Source of the DNA: Proteobacteria bacterium UBA4457
GTDB taxonomy: Bacteria; Pseudomonadota; Gammaproteobacteria; Ga0077536
Direction of reading: 5' to 3'
Assembly (NCBI GenBank): GCA_002390205.1
Contig: DGOV01000019.1
Span: forward strand, 11,802-75,801
Length of the DNA: 64,000 bases
In this document: positions 28,997 to 39,508 of the stretch, piece by piece
Position numbering within the stretch: the first letter of the stretch is position 1
Layout of the letters: each line of letters starts with the position of its first letter
Position numbers and translations under genes: made by a program
The notes under the pieces: model-generated
The model's database searches: none
What the model was told of the DNA's origin: nothing
Seen by the model: only the letters and a program-made list of their open reading frames with translations

Positions 28997-30202
28997 TCAG
29001 ATAATTTTTTCAGCTTTTAAAACCGCAATTTCTTGCGCTGTATATCCTAGTATATCTTGCAGCACTTCCTCGTTATGCGCGCCCAATTTCGCACCTGGAA
29101 AGTCGGTTTTCCCAGGTGTTCTAGAGAGTCTCGGTATTATCGCGGGAATAGTTAGGGGCTTTCCATCTATGGACACTTCTTGGAATAGTTCTCGCGCATG
29201 ATACTGTTCATCTTCAAACATGTCCTCCACGCTGTAAATTGGTCCGGCAGCTACACCAGCGACGTCAAGTGCCTCTAAGACTTCTTTTGAGTTTAGCTGC
29301 AAGGTCCATGATTCAATGATCGTCTCAATCTCTTTTTGGTTGGCAACTCGATCAGCATTTTCAGCGAATCTCAACTCGTCGCCCATCTCTGTCTTGTCCA
29401 TGGCTTTTGCCAGTCGTTTGAACATCGAATTGGTATTAGCGCCGATAACAATATTCTTGCCATCTTTACAGCGGTGCGTATTCGTTGGAACGATTCCTGT
29501 GATTGCTGTGCCAGAGGGTTCTCTGATGATGCCAGCTCCACTATATTCAGGAATCACGGCTTCCAATAAGTTAAATAGGCCTTCAAAGATAGCTACATCA
29601 ACGACTTGTCCTTGACCATTTTTTTGTCGACCTATGTAAGCTAGCAAGACCCCGAGTGCAGCATGAATACCAGCCAGTGTGTCTCCGATACTAATATTTG
29701 GTCGGACAGGTACTTCACCAGGAAACCCGTTAACGTACCGAAATCCCCCGAATGCCTCGCATACAGATGCAAATCCAGCTTTAGATGCCGCGGGGCCAGT
29801 TTGACCATAACCTGAAATCCGAGCATATATAAGTCCGGGATTTTCTTCTTTGAAAGTGTCTGGCCCTATGCCCCATTTTTCCATTGTTCCGGGCCTGAAA
29901 TTTTCGACGAACACATCAGCGGTATTAGCGAGTTTTTTTAATACCTCTTGTCCTTTTCTAGTTTTGAGATCTAGAGTGATACATTTTTTATTCCGAGATA
30001 GACTTGCCCACCATAGTGAAGTCCCATTTCGTACTTCTCTCCAACCTCTGATCGGATCTCCCACTTTAGGAGGCTCTACTTTTATAACTTCTGCGCCAAA
30101 GTAGCCTAGTATAGTCCCCGTAAATGGCCCAGCTAGTAGTTGGCCAACTTCTATTACTCTTAAGCCAGCTAAAGGCCGGAGATCTAATTGTTCGTCGCTC
30201 AT
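28997..30202 (-). CDS. CoA-transferase family III (CaiB/BaiF)
   Basis: N-terminus LRPLAGLRVIEVGQLLAGPFTGTILGYFGAEVIKVEPP is typical of the family; 401 aa. Confidence 0.85.
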   Translation of the reverse strand: MSDEQLDLRPLAGLRVIEVGQLLAGPFTGTILGYFGAEVIKVEPPKVGDPIRGWREVRNGTSLWWASLSRNKKCITLDLKTRKGQEVLKKLANTADVFVENFRPGTMEKWGIGPDTFKEENPGLIYARISGYGQTGPAASKAGFASVCEAFGGFRYVNGFPGEVPVRPNISIGDTLAGIHAALGVLLAYIGRQKNGQGQVVDVAIFEGLFNLLEAVIPEYSGAGIIREPSGTAITGIVPTNTHRCKDGKNIVIGANTNSMFKRLAKAMDKTEMGDELRFAENADRVANQKEIETIIESWTLQLNSKEVLEALDVAGVAAGPIYSVEDMFEDEQYHARELFQEVSIDGKPLTIPAIIPRLSRTPGKTDFPGAKLGAHNEEVLQDILGYTAQEIAVLKAEKII

Positions 30203-30261
30203 TTATCTTTACCTTTTTATTAGTCGTAGAGAATATTTATTCTAATCAAATTTTTTTTCAT

Positions 30262-30288
30262 AAAAAAAGCCCAGCGGTTGCTGGGCTT
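30262..30288 (-). terminator. Rho-independent terminator (GC-rich hairpin GCCCAGC-GGTT-GCTGGGC followed by a T7 run on the minus strand)
   Basis: Read directly from the sequence, immediately downstream of the minus-strand gene ending at 30308. Confidence 0.7.
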
Positions 30289-30307
30289 AGAGTATAAACA
30301 TAAGCTC

Positions 30308-30820
30308 CTAAAAGAAGGGTAAACCATGGTTTGATGCCATCATGAACATCAACATCGGTATAGACATTGCTGTATTTGAACGGGATGCCAGAAAGGCTAC
30401 CCTTTTCGCGGCGGCTTTTTCTGCATCCGTGGCTGGAACTATGCCCAATACTTTTTTCTGATTTGGCCAAATTAAAACCCATACGTTGAATAACATGATA
30501 GTTCCTAACCAGGCACCTATTCCAATACATGTCGTTGCTAAGCTTTCTTTTCCTATACCCAAAGTCCAAGCACTATGCCCATATATAGCCATCATGTACC
30601 AGGCTCCAGTTATCCAAGTACCGAGAGCCGCATGCCTAAAATAGAGTAGGGCACGAGGCGCAACATACTTTCCAATCGCTGCCGGCCCCGGTCCATCTTT
30701 GTCTGCAGCTGCTTCTGCCATTGCAGGCACTTGAACAAAATTAAAGTAATACAAAAGGCCAATCCACAACACTCCGAAAAATATGTGAATGGCTCTATCA
30801 AGCCACAATAGTTCTTCCAT
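30308..30820 (-). CDS. Integral membrane protein of unknown function (4 TM; faint HemJ/CopD-like resemblance)
   Basis: Hydrophobic segments are present; the N-terminal WLDRAIHIFFGVLWIGLLYY loosely resembles the HemJ WxKAxHxxGVVxWxAGLFY motif. Terminated by the hairpin at 30262-30288. Confidence 0.45.
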   Translation of the reverse strand: MEELLWLDRAIHIFFGVLWIGLLYYFNFVQVPAMAEAAADKDGPGPAAIGKYVAPRALLYFRHAALGTWITGAWYMMAIYGHSAWTLGIGKESLATTCIGIGAWLGTIMLFNVWVLIWPNQKKVLGIVPATDAEKAAAKRVAFLASRSNTAMSIPMLMFMMASNHGLPFF

Positions 30821-30870
30821 TTTTTTAGCTCCCTAGATTTTTTATCTTTTATCTAATTCTTCTAATCTAA

Positions 30871-30966
30871 CTACATTCCTGCAATACATTTGGCAACATA
30901 AGCCAAGACAGCAGCAAGTACAAAACCAGCTATTAGTGTTCCTTTGATAGTATCGAGTGGATTCAT
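30871..30966 (-). CDS. Candidate 31-aa single-TM small protein (MNPLDTIKGTLIAGFVLAAVLAYVAKCIAGM), not in the ORF track
   Basis: AGGAGT SD 8 nt upstream of the ATG. Sits between ubiA and the membrane protein on the same strand and has a single hydrophobic helix. Confidence 0.35.
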   Translation of the reverse strand: MNPLDTIKGTLIAGFVLAAVLAYVAKCIAGM

Positions 30967-31058
30967 TCGGCATTACTCCTTATTCGACGATTACTGTGTT
31001 TCAGTCTTAAGTTCGCCACCATACTAGAAAATTTCCTCTTTCGATAGTCGAAAAAGGT

Positions 31059-31934
31059 CTATATTTGAAAATAATAGTTCGCAGATATACCTATAAAAAT
31101 AGCAAACCCGACGTAATTGTTACTTGTGAATGCCTTGAAATAGGCATTTCGAGTCCTTTCCTTTAGTTGAAGTTGTTGATGACAGAAGATTAAGGCACTT
31201 ACTACTATGGATAAGTAGAATTGCCAATGCAGGCTTGCTACGTTTCCAACCATGAAAAGCCCAAAAATCATCAGAATTTGGAGTAAGCCAATTATAAGGC
31301 GATCATCTTCACCAAATAGTATGGCTGTTGATTTAACACCTATTTTTAGATCATCGTCTCTGTCAACCATCGCATATTCAGTATCATAGATGAGGGCCCA
31401 AATGATCGTAACTATGAATATAGTCCAGCATTCACGGGGTAAGGCTGATATCTGCGCTGCGAAGCTCATAGGGATTGCCCAACCAAATGCTAAACCAAGG
31501 TGCAATTGCGGAAGATAGGTGAATCTTTTCGCATACGGATACGTGCTTGCTAAGAAGACACCGATGACGGCAAGTGTCAGAGTAAGCTCGTTAGTTTGAG
31601 AGACTAATAAAAATGAGCAACCGATAAGTGTTAAGAACACCCATACTGCGTGGCGTGACTTGAGGGTCCCGCTAGCTAAAGGCCTTGTTTGAGTGCGTGT
31701 TACATTTTTGTCATACTTTTTGTCAGCGAAATCATTTACTACACATCCAGCAGATCGCATAAAAAAAGTGCCTAAAATGAAAATAACAACGATTTTTAAG
31801 GAAGGTTGCCCATGTCCAGCGATCCAAAGAGCCCACAAAGTAGGCCATAGAAGTAGTAAAATACCGATTGGCTTGTCTAGCCTTATAAGGGCTATAAAAG
31901 GCTTTATTCTTTTTAATCCGGTCATATCAATCAA
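31059..31934 (-). CDS. ubiA: 4-hydroxybenzoate polyprenyltransferase
   Basis: UbiA prenyltransferase motifs (NDFADKKYD, DxxxD). 291 aa versus E. coli UbiA at 290 aa. Confidence 0.9.
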   Translation of the reverse strand: MIDMTGLKRIKPFIALIRLDKPIGILLLLWPTLWALWIAGHGQPSLKIVVIFILGTFFMRSAGCVVNDFADKKYDKNVTRTQTRPLASGTLKSRHAVWVFLTLIGCSFLLVSQTNELTLTLAVIGVFLASTYPYAKRFTYLPQLHLGLAFGWAIPMSFAAQISALPRECWTIFIVTIIWALIYDTEYAMVDRDDDLKIGVKSTAILFGEDDRLIIGLLQILMIFGLFMVGNVASLHWQFYLSIVVSALIFCHQQLQLKERTRNAYFKAFTSNNYVGFAIFIGISANYYFQI

Positions 31935-31989
31935 CTATTGAGTCACGAGTGTATGTTATCGGGAAGGTGAAATATTACAGAGTGTTTCA

Positions 31990-34080
31990 TTATATTCGTG
32001 CGAATTCGATTTTGTGCCCAAGCCATCTTTTTTTAAGTTCTTCTACCAAGTGTGGATCGTCTGCCAGAATTTTGTCTGCCATTAATTGGATTTCATCTAT
32101 TAGGTGGATATCACGAGTTAAGTCTGCAATTTTAAAGTGCGCCGCTCCGGCTTGTCTGGTTCCTAGTAGTTCTCCAGGTCCGCGTAGCTGCATATCTCTG
32201 TCAGCGATTTCGAAGCCATCAGTGGTTGCACGGATTACCTCTAATCTTTGCTGAGCCATTTCTGTTAATGGACTTTTGTACACTAAAAGACAGCTTGATT
32301 GCTTTTCCCCACGTCCTACTCGGCCCCTTAGCTGGTGCAATTGTGCAAGCCCAAGCCGCTCGGCATTTTCTATCACCATCAGACTTGCATTTGGAACATC
32401 CACGCCTACTTCTATAACTGTTGTCGCAACTAACAAGTCACTTTTGGCCTCTGAGAAAGAGCGCATGACCTTCTCTTTTTCAAGGGACTCCATTTTCCCG
32501 TGAATCAGTCCGATTTTATAGGGAGCTAACTCTTTCGCAAGTTTTTCTGCAGTATCGATGGCAGATTGTATGTCGATTTTTTCAGATTCTGCGATCAAGG
32601 GACAGACCCAGTAAACTTGTGTTCCAGATTTGATTACAGCTGATATTCTGAAAATTATTTCTTGTCTTCTTTCCTCCGGAATTACGGCAGTTTTGATCAA
32701 TTTTCTATTCGGAGGTAAGCCTTTTATCGTCGATATATCTAGATCTGCATATACCGCCATTGCCAAGGTCCGAGGAATTGGTGTCGCTGTCATGATAAGT
32801 TGATGAGGCCGGAAGCCTTGAGTTGCGCCTTTACCCATTAGCGCTAGTCGTTGTTCGACGCCAAATCGATGCTGTTCATCTACCACTATAAGACCTAGGT
32901 TGTTGTACCTTACCTCCTTCTGGAACAGAGCGTGAGTACCAATGACAATAGATGCAGGTGAGCTTTTGATGTCGAGGAGTATTTTCTTTCTATTTACCGC
33001 AGTGAGTTTAGAGGTTAAGAGAAAGACTTTAGTCTTCATTTCCTTGAACCAGGCCATCATAGTTTGGTAGTGCTGTTCAGCGAGAAGCTCTGTGGGAGCC
33101 ATGAAAGCAGCTTGATGACCAGAATCTATTATATTTGCAACAACCATAGCCGCTACCACGGTTTTCCCTGAGCCTACGTCTCCTTGAAGTAGCCTTAGCA
33201 TTGGAAAACCACTTTCTAAGTCATGATTTATTTCTTTAATCACTTTTAGCTGCGATTCCGTGAGGTCGAAAGGCAATAGGTCATTTAATTTCGTTTGAAG
33301 CATACTTTTTTTGGTTTTTGGCGCTAGATATGTTCTAGAATTCTTTCTGAGAGTTTTTAGGCTAAGTTGGTAGGCTAGTAGTTCTTCGAAAATAAGCCTA
33401 CGTTGCGCAGGGTGGGTTCCTTCGATTACAGTTGCTGTGTTTTCATCAGCGGCTGGATAATGAATTTGACGTAACGAATCAACTAGAGATGGTAATCCTA
33501 AATGCGTTAATAAATTTTTTGGGATGAGGTCAGTGACTCTTTTGCTCGATGTCTTAGAGAGAATTACGAATGCTTGATTCAATAGTGAGCGCAGGCGCGT
33601 TTGGTGTAATCCATCGGTCGTTGGATATATGGGAGTGAGATATCTTTCGAGCTCGGGTGGCTCATTATTATCGATCACTTTGCATTCAGGGTGAATCATT
33701 TCTAGCCCATGCCGCCCCAAATGAGGACTACCGAAGCACCTGACTGAGCTGCCCTTGGAGAGTCTCATTTGTTGCGATCGATTGAAGAAAAAAAATCGTA
33801 TTTGGATCGAGGAAGTTACATCAGAAATCCGGCAAATAAGCGCGCGCCTACCTTGGAAAATCACCCTTGAGTCCTCAATTACACCCTCAATAAGAGCTTT
33901 TCTCCTGGGTATGATTTCGTGTATCGGCGTTAACCTAGTCCTATCTTCATATCGTATTGGCAAGTGGAAAAGGATATCGCTAATTACCTTGACACCTATG
34001 CTACAGAGTTTTTTCTGTAACACTTGTCCTACGCCATTTAGCTTATCAGTAGAATCCCCAAGAGTTACTTCTGCTTTCAT
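31990..34080 (-). CDS. recG: ATP-dependent DNA helicase RecG
   Basis: N-terminal wedge domain; helicase motifs GDVGSGKT, DEQHRFG and QLRGRVGRG; 696 aa. Confidence 0.95.
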   Translation of the reverse strand: MKAEVTLGDSTDKLNGVGQVLQKKLCSIGVKVISDILFHLPIRYEDRTRLTPIHEIIPRRKALIEGVIEDSRVIFQGRRALICRISDVTSSIQIRFFFFNRSQQMRLSKGSSVRCFGSPHLGRHGLEMIHPECKVIDNNEPPELERYLTPIYPTTDGLHQTRLRSLLNQAFVILSKTSSKRVTDLIPKNLLTHLGLPSLVDSLRQIHYPAADENTATVIEGTHPAQRRLIFEELLAYQLSLKTLRKNSRTYLAPKTKKSMLQTKLNDLLPFDLTESQLKVIKEINHDLESGFPMLRLLQGDVGSGKTVVAAMVVANIIDSGHQAAFMAPTELLAEQHYQTMMAWFKEMKTKVFLLTSKLTAVNRKKILLDIKSSPASIVIGTHALFQKEVRYNNLGLIVVDEQHRFGVEQRLALMGKGATQGFRPHQLIMTATPIPRTLAMAVYADLDISTIKGLPPNRKLIKTAVIPEERRQEIIFRISAVIKSGTQVYWVCPLIAESEKIDIQSAIDTAEKLAKELAPYKIGLIHGKMESLEKEKVMRSFSEAKSDLLVATTVIEVGVDVPNASLMVIENAERLGLAQLHQLRGRVGRGEKQSSCLLVYKSPLTEMAQQRLEVIRATTDGFEIADRDMQLRGPGELLGTRQAGAAHFKIADLTRDIHLIDEIQLMADKILADDPHLVEELKKRWLGHKIEFARI

Positions 34081-34088
34081 CGATTACC

Positions 34089-34487
34089 TTAAGTTGATGC
34101 TGGCTCTCGAATCGCAATTATTGCATCTATCTCGACATCGACATCACGTGGAAGTCTTGATACCTCTATTGCAGCGCGGGCAGGAAAAGGGGTGATGAAT
34201 AGCTCTTCCATGATTTCGTTTACATGTTTGAAATTCTCCAAGTCAGACAAATAAACATTGAGTTTTATGCAGTTCGCTAGCGTAGTATTCGCAGCGATGG
34301 CGATCGCATTTATGTTATCGAACACCTGTTTTATTTGACTTTGAAATCCCCCATTAATCACTTTCATAGATTTCGGATCTAAAGGGATTTGACCTGAAAC
34401 ATAAAGAACGCCTTGATGCGCAGTGGCCTGTGAATATGCACCTATTGCGGCAGGAGCTTCTTTTGTTTTTATATGAGAGACATTCAT
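34089..34487 (-). CDS. ridA: RidA/YjgF family reactive-intermediate deaminase
   Basis: 132 aa with APAAIGAYSQA and PARAAIEV motifs. Confidence 0.85.
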   Translation of the reverse strand: MNVSHIKTKEAPAAIGAYSQATAHQGVLYVSGQIPLDPKSMKVINGGFQSQIKQVFDNINAIAIAANTTLANCIKLNVYLSDLENFKHVNEIMEELFITPFPARAAIEVSRLPRDVDVEIDAIIAIREPAST

Positions 34488-34511
34488 TGTCGTCTTCCTT
34501 GAGGATAGAAT

Positions 34512-36692
34512 TTATTTTCGTTTTCTATTGACGCGGACTATTGGTTTACTGTTCCTCAGCACACGAATAATATCAGCTAAATGTTTTCGGTCGCTTACTC
34601 CTATCGTGAGTCTTATTTTTGAGATCTGATCATCTAGCTCACTCATTTCCACGCCCTCAATATTAGCTCCTTTTGCCGCACATTTTGCTGCGATTGTTGC
34701 CAGGACACCCCGTTCGTTAACAACATCAAGGATAATTTCTGCGCTAAATTCTCTATTTAGAGCCGATGCCCACTGCACGTCAACCCATTTATCGGGAGCG
34801 CTACGATATTCGATAACATTTTTACATGAGGGATGATGAATCACGATTCCTCTACCTGTAGTAATAAGTCCAATGATCGGATCCCCTGGGATCGGTCTAC
34901 AGCATTTTGGGATGGTCACTACCATTCCTTCGGTCCCATGAATAATCAGCGGACCCAAGCCTGAGTCCTTTTTAGGTGATGTTTCAAGAGCGGTGCTCTC
35001 CTCACCTCCTAGTGCTCTGGCTACGATAGGTGCAGGTCTCGAGCCAAGACCTATATCTATTAATAAGCTATTTAGATCGGATAATTTAAAGGATGTTAAA
35101 ACTGTATTTAGATGGGTTTTTTCTACCTCGTCTATCGATAATCCAAAACGGGCTAATTCTCTATTCAACAACCTTTTACCAAGAATTTGAGCCTCATCTG
35201 CTTGGAGGTTTTTAAGAGAATGATGGATGCTGGTCCGTGCTTTAGCGGTCACAACAAAGTTAAGCCACGCGGGATTGGGATGAGAACCAGATGATATTAG
35301 GACTTCCACACTATCACCGGTGTTCAGTTGAGTTCCTAAAGGAACTAATCGTCGGTTAATTCTGCAGCCCACCGCCGAGTTACCAAGAGCTGTGTGAATT
35401 GCATAAGCAAAATCTACTGCTGTAGCACCCTTAGGAAGTTTCATGATCGCTCCTTTAGGAGTGAAGACATAAACTTCGTCTGGGAAAAGATTTACCCGAA
35501 CGTTCTCAAGAAACTCCTGAGAATCGGTGGTGTGACTCTGCATTTCAATGACGCTATGAAGCCAGTCCCGTGCTCTCTTATGCGCCGCTTTTGATTCAGT
35601 TTCTCCCATCTTATATGTCCAGTGGGCAGCAATACCTACTTCAGCGACTTGATCCATCTCGTTGGTACGTATTTGAACCTCTAGTGGCGCTCCAAAAGGT
35701 CCAAACAAGACTGTGTGAAGAGATTGATATCCATTTGATTTAGGGATTGCAATATAGTCCTTGAAAGTATCTGGAACAGGTTTATATAAGCCATGCACTA
35801 CACCAAGAGCTCGGTAGCATGTATCTACCGAGTCAACAACGATTCGAAATGCATAAACATCGCGTACTTCTGAAAAATGTAGTCGTTTTTCACGCATTTT
35901 TTTGTAGATGCTATAGAGGTGTTTCTCTCTACCTACGACGTATGCTACTAAGCTTTCCTGGCGCAGTCGACGAGTAATCCGACTTCTAATCTTCGCCACG
36001 ACTTCTTTACGGTTACCCCTAACTTTTTGTATTACTCTTGCAATGACGTCATGCCTAAGAGGATAAAGTGATTTAAACCCAAGTTCTTCCAGCTCCAGGC
36101 GCATCGCATTCATTCCTAACCGCTGAGCTATAGGCGCATATATCTGTAGTGTTTCTCTTGCTATTCGTCGTCTTTTTTCGGGGCTTAAGGCGCTAATTGT
36201 TCGCATGTTATGCAGTCGATCGGCAAGCTTTACCAGAATAACTCTTATATCGTCTGCCATTGCTAGGAGCATCTTTTGAAAGTTTTTAGCCTGAGCTTCT
36301 GCCTGTGACTCAAACTCTATATGCGTTAGTTTGCTGAGGCCATCAACAATATGAGCAACTTCTGACCCAAACTCCTCTAGAATAATTGGTTTTGCAATGG
36401 AAGTATCTTCTATAACGTCATGCAGCATGGCGGCTATAAGTGTTTCATGGTCCATGTGCATTTGGGCTAAGATATGCGCGACTGAGAGAGGGTGCTGTAT
36501 ATACGGTTCTCCGCTCTGTCTCTTTTGACCTTCGTGAGCGGAAGAGCTGAACTTATATGCGAGACGCACTTCTCTCACCTGTTCTGCGCTAAGGTACGAA
36601 CGTGCTAGACGACAAAGACTTTCTATACGTTTGTTAGGTGATTCTAATTTAATTACGTCAACTTGTTCTTTTCTCACCGATGGACGCACCAC
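34512..36692 (-). CDS. spoT: Bifunctional (p)ppGpp synthetase/hydrolase SpoT
   Basis: HD-domain HDVIEDT, synthetase domain, and TGS and ACT domains. Sits downstream of rpoZ as in the canonical operon. Confidence 0.9.
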   Translation of the reverse strand: MVRPSVRKEQVDVIKLESPNKRIESLCRLARSYLSAEQVREVRLAYKFSSSAHEGQKRQSGEPYIQHPLSVAHILAQMHMDHETLIAAMLHDVIEDTSIAKPIILEEFGSEVAHIVDGLSKLTHIEFESQAEAQAKNFQKMLLAMADDIRVILVKLADRLHNMRTISALSPEKRRRIARETLQIYAPIAQRLGMNAMRLELEELGFKSLYPLRHDVIARVIQKVRGNRKEVVAKIRSRITRRLRQESLVAYVVGREKHLYSIYKKMREKRLHFSEVRDVYAFRIVVDSVDTCYRALGVVHGLYKPVPDTFKDYIAIPKSNGYQSLHTVLFGPFGAPLEVQIRTNEMDQVAEVGIAAHWTYKMGETESKAAHKRARDWLHSVIEMQSHTTDSQEFLENVRVNLFPDEVYVFTPKGAIMKLPKGATAVDFAYAIHTALGNSAVGCRINRRLVPLGTQLNTGDSVEVLISSGSHPNPAWLNFVVTAKARTSIHHSLKNLQADEAQILGKRLLNRELARFGLSIDEVEKTHLNTVLTSFKLSDLNSLLIDIGLGSRPAPIVARALGGEESTALETSPKKDSGLGPLIIHGTEGMVVTIPKCCRPIPGDPIIGLITTGRGIVIHHPSCKNVIEYRSAPDKWVDVQWASALNREFSAEIILDVVNERGVLATIAAKCAAKGANIEGVEMSELDDQISKIRLTIGVSDRKHLADIIRVLRNSKPIVRVNRKRK

Positions 36693-36767
36693 TTAACCAC
36701 GACAGTTATTAGTGTTTTTTATAAGCATCCATTCAACCAAGTCATATCTGATTAAAATATAGGTGTT

Positions 36768-37079
36768 CTAAAAACTTTCGCCTGCAGCAGGTTTTTCGAC
36801 GCTTTGCGCGGCTTCATCAGTTTTTGATTCCGCAAATTCTAATGCTGCCTCATACTCTTCTGCCTGCTTTTCTTTCGCATCTATCTCGTCGAGTATTTTT
36901 GCATTCATTACACCCGCCGCAATTTCTCTTAAGGCAAGTACGGTAGGTTTATCATTCTCTTCATCCACCAGTGGTTTGGAGCCTAGTGCTATCTGTCTGG
37001 CGCGTCGACTGGCCACCAAGACCAAGTCAAATCGATTCTCAACAGCAGGTAAGCAATCTTCAACGGTTACGCGTGCCAT
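36768..37079 (-). CDS. rpoZ: RNA polymerase omega subunit
   Basis: N-terminus [30 protein letters not shown]. Confidence 0.9.
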   Translation of the reverse strand: MARVTVEDCLPAVENRFDLVLVASRRARQIALGSKPLVDEENDKPTVLALREIAAGVMNAKILDEIDAKEKQAEEYEAALEFAESKTDEAAQSVEKPAAGESF

Positions 37080-37142
37080 AATTCTATTATCCTAAAATAG
37101 GGTTATTGATACAATACTACTCACTATTATAGCAAACATAGC

Positions 37143-37775
37143 CTAGTTGGGTACGAGTTCGGCTAGAAGTTTTTCTAAACGTATTTTTTGGATCGAATTG
37201 CGTAATTTATGAGCACATATAATAGAGGTTAATTGTAGGCATGCTTTTGAGAAGTCCTCATTGACAATTAGATAATCATATTCGTGATAGTGGGACATTT
37301 CGTTGATTGCGTCACGCATTCTGCGAATGACAGTTTCTTTCTTATCCCCTCTTTTTTGCAACCTTCTATTCAATTCTTCTAGTGACGGTGGGAGGATAAA
37401 CACTGAGCTAACGTCAAATTCAGATTGCTTTATTAGTCGAGCTCCTTGCCAGTCTATTTCAAGAATTACATCTAACCCTGCTGCTAAGGTTTTTTTAACT
37501 TCAACTTTCGAAGTACCATAAAGGTTATCAAATACTTTGGCTTCCTCTAGGAAATCAGAGTTCCTCGACATTTTCAGGAAAGTCTCATTACTTATAAAAT
37601 GATAGTCAACACCATCAATCTCTCCTGCTCGCGGCTGACGAGTGGTATGTGATATTGACATTCGTACATTGTTTTTATCGTCGCTGATTTTTTTGATAAT
37701 GCTGGTTTTCCCGGCACCTGATGGCGCAGACACTACAAATAGCTGACCAAAGGAGGAACTTTCACTACTCGACAT
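37143..37775 (-). CDS. gmk: Guanylate kinase
   Basis: P-loop SAPSGAGKTS; 210 aa; placed upstream of rpoZ. Confidence 0.9.
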   Translation of the reverse strand: MSSSESSSFGQLFVVSAPSGAGKTSIIKKISDDKNNVRMSISHTTRQPRAGEIDGVDYHFISNETFLKMSRNSDFLEEAKVFDNLYGTSKVEVKKTLAAGLDVILEIDWQGARLIKQSEFDVSSVFILPPSLEELNRRLQKRGDKKETVIRRMRDAINEMSHYHEYDYLIVNEDFSKACLQLTSIICAHKLRNSIQKIRLEKLLAELVPN

Positions 37776-38634
37776 TTTGCACCTGTTCCCTGACTTGTTC
37801 TATGAGAACCTTAAGTTCTATGGATGCACTAGTTGTATCTACATGCACCGATTTCGAGCCTATCGTGTTGGCTTCTCTATTCAATTCTTGCATTAAGAAA
37901 TCCAGCCTCCTTCCTATGGGCTCCTGGCGGTCGAATACAGAGCGGGTCTCTTGAATATGCATAGAGAGTCTATCTACCTCTTCCTTAATATCAAGCTTAC
38001 TAATTAGTATTGCGCTCTCTTGTTCTACTCGACCCTGATCAAGTTCTGTACCCAGCTCCGAGAGCCTAGCCTCGTGACGTTTAGTTATAGATCTTATTAT
38101 ATCTGGGATCCTCTCTTCTATATAAGATACTTGCGCTGCCATCTTAGTGAGTTGTTTTTTTATAATAGATTCAAGCTTTTTCCCTTCGTTTGCGCGACTG
38201 ATTGCGAACTGTTCTAAGGTCCGGTCAAAATTCGTCAAAAGGTAAGACACTATACTATTCGTTAGGGGCTCGAAGTCGTTTACGACTCCCGGCCATGCGA
38301 GTATCTCTAGGGGGCTTACATTTTGGGAGGGCGTTGTCATTAGTGCACGCACCCGTTCTATGGCACATAGAAGAGATTTTGCAGCATTTTCATTAATATG
38401 AGTGGTCTCAGTACCTCCCTTTATTGGAGAAACTCTTAAAGTACAATCTATTTTTCCTCTTTTTGCTACAGTGCCAATACCTTCTCGCGCCTTACTCTCA
38501 ACGGTTCGGTGATCTTCTGGGACACGAATAGCTATATCGCAGAACCGGTGGTTTACGGATTTGATCTCCCATGAGCCACAAATGTCAGCATTTTCAAAGT
38601 CTGTCCTAGCGAAAGACGTCATACTATTTGTCAA
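37765..38634 (-). CDS. yicC: YicC family stress-induced protein (UPF0701)
   Basis: 289 aa YicC N- and C-domains. Overlaps the gmk start by 11 nt. Divergent from rph, as in E. coli. Confidence 0.8.
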   Translation of the reverse strand: MTNSMTSFARTDFENADICGSWEIKSVNHRFCDIAIRVPEDHRTVESKAREGIGTVAKRGKIDCTLRVSPIKGGTETTHINENAAKSLLCAIERVRALMTTPSQNVSPLEILAWPGVVNDFEPLTNSIVSYLLTNFDRTLEQFAISRANEGKKLESIIKKQLTKMAAQVSYIEERIPDIIRSITKRHEARLSELGTELDQGRVEQESAILISKLDIKEEVDRLSMHIQETRSVFDRQEPIGRRLDFLMQELNREANTIGSKSVHVDTTSASIELKVLIEQVREQVQNVE

Positions 38635-38788
38635 AAGATCTTCTCCCTGCAGTTTTCATGCTGTACACAACTGCATTCGTCGGTTATGTGGAGGGATTAC
38701 AGAGATCCCGTTTTTATTAGATATAATAGCCACCGTTACCTTAAACCTGAAGCTATAATAGAGTTTTATAAAATTAGAGAGATTCGCT

Positions 38789-39508
38789 ATGACTACAAGA
38801 CCTAGTGGCCGGGCGGCCAATGAAATGCGAGAAGTCGTTTTTACTCGCAATTATACGTGCCATGCGGAGGGCTCTGTCTTAGTCGAGTTTGGGAATACCA
38901 AAGTGCTTTGTAACGCCAGTGTAGAAAAGCGAGTGCCGTCTTTTTTGAAGGGGACAGGCTCCGGCTGGATAACGGCGGAGTATGGGATGTTGCCACGTTC
39001 TACTGATTCGCGAATGCGTCGAGAGGCGAGCGCTGGGAAACAAAGTGGACGGACTATGGAGATCCAGAGACTTATCGGACGTTCACTACGCTCGGTTGTC
39101 GATTTGCACGCGCTGGGAGAAATGACTATTACCTTAGACTGTGACGTCTTACAGGCAGATGGGGGCACTCGCACAGCATCAATAACCGGTGCATTTGTCG
39201 CTCTCTCAGATGCCATAGATAGTTTACTCGCATCCCGAAAACTGAAGAAAAACCCTATTCATGGCTCCATCGCCTCGGTGTCTGTTGGTATTTTTGAAGG
39301 GCTGCCAGTTATTGACTTAGATTATGCCGAAGATTCGAACGCAGAAACAGATATGAATGTTGTGATGAATGACGCAGGACATTTTGTTGAAGTCCAAGGG
39401 ACAGCTGAAGGACATGCGTTTAGACGCGACGAGATGGATGCAATGCTCGACTTGGCGGCCAGCGGGATCAAAGATCTTCTTGAGCTGCAAGCAGCTTCTC
39501 GGCGTTGA
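38789..39508 (+). CDS. rph: Ribonuclease PH
   Basis: [13 protein letters not shown]...[18 protein letters not shown]; 239 aa. Confidence 0.95.
   Translation: MTTRPSGRAANEMREVVFTRNYTCHAEGSVLVEFGNTKVLCNASVEKRVPSFLKGTGSGWITAEYGMLPRSTDSRMRREASAGKQSGRTMEIQRLIGRSLRSVVDLHALGEMTITLDCDVLQADGGTRTASITGAFVALSDAIDSLLASRKLKKNPIHGSIASVSVGIFEGLPVIDLDYAEDSNAETDMNVVMNDAGHFVEVQGTAEGHAFRRDEMDAMLDLAASGIKDLLELQAASRR

Noticed and set aside
30308-30820. Calling the 170-aa membrane protein HemJ (protoporphyrinogen oxidase)
   Set aside because: Only the first helix loosely matches the HemJ motif, and the rest could not be aligned from memory. Kept as an unknown membrane protein.
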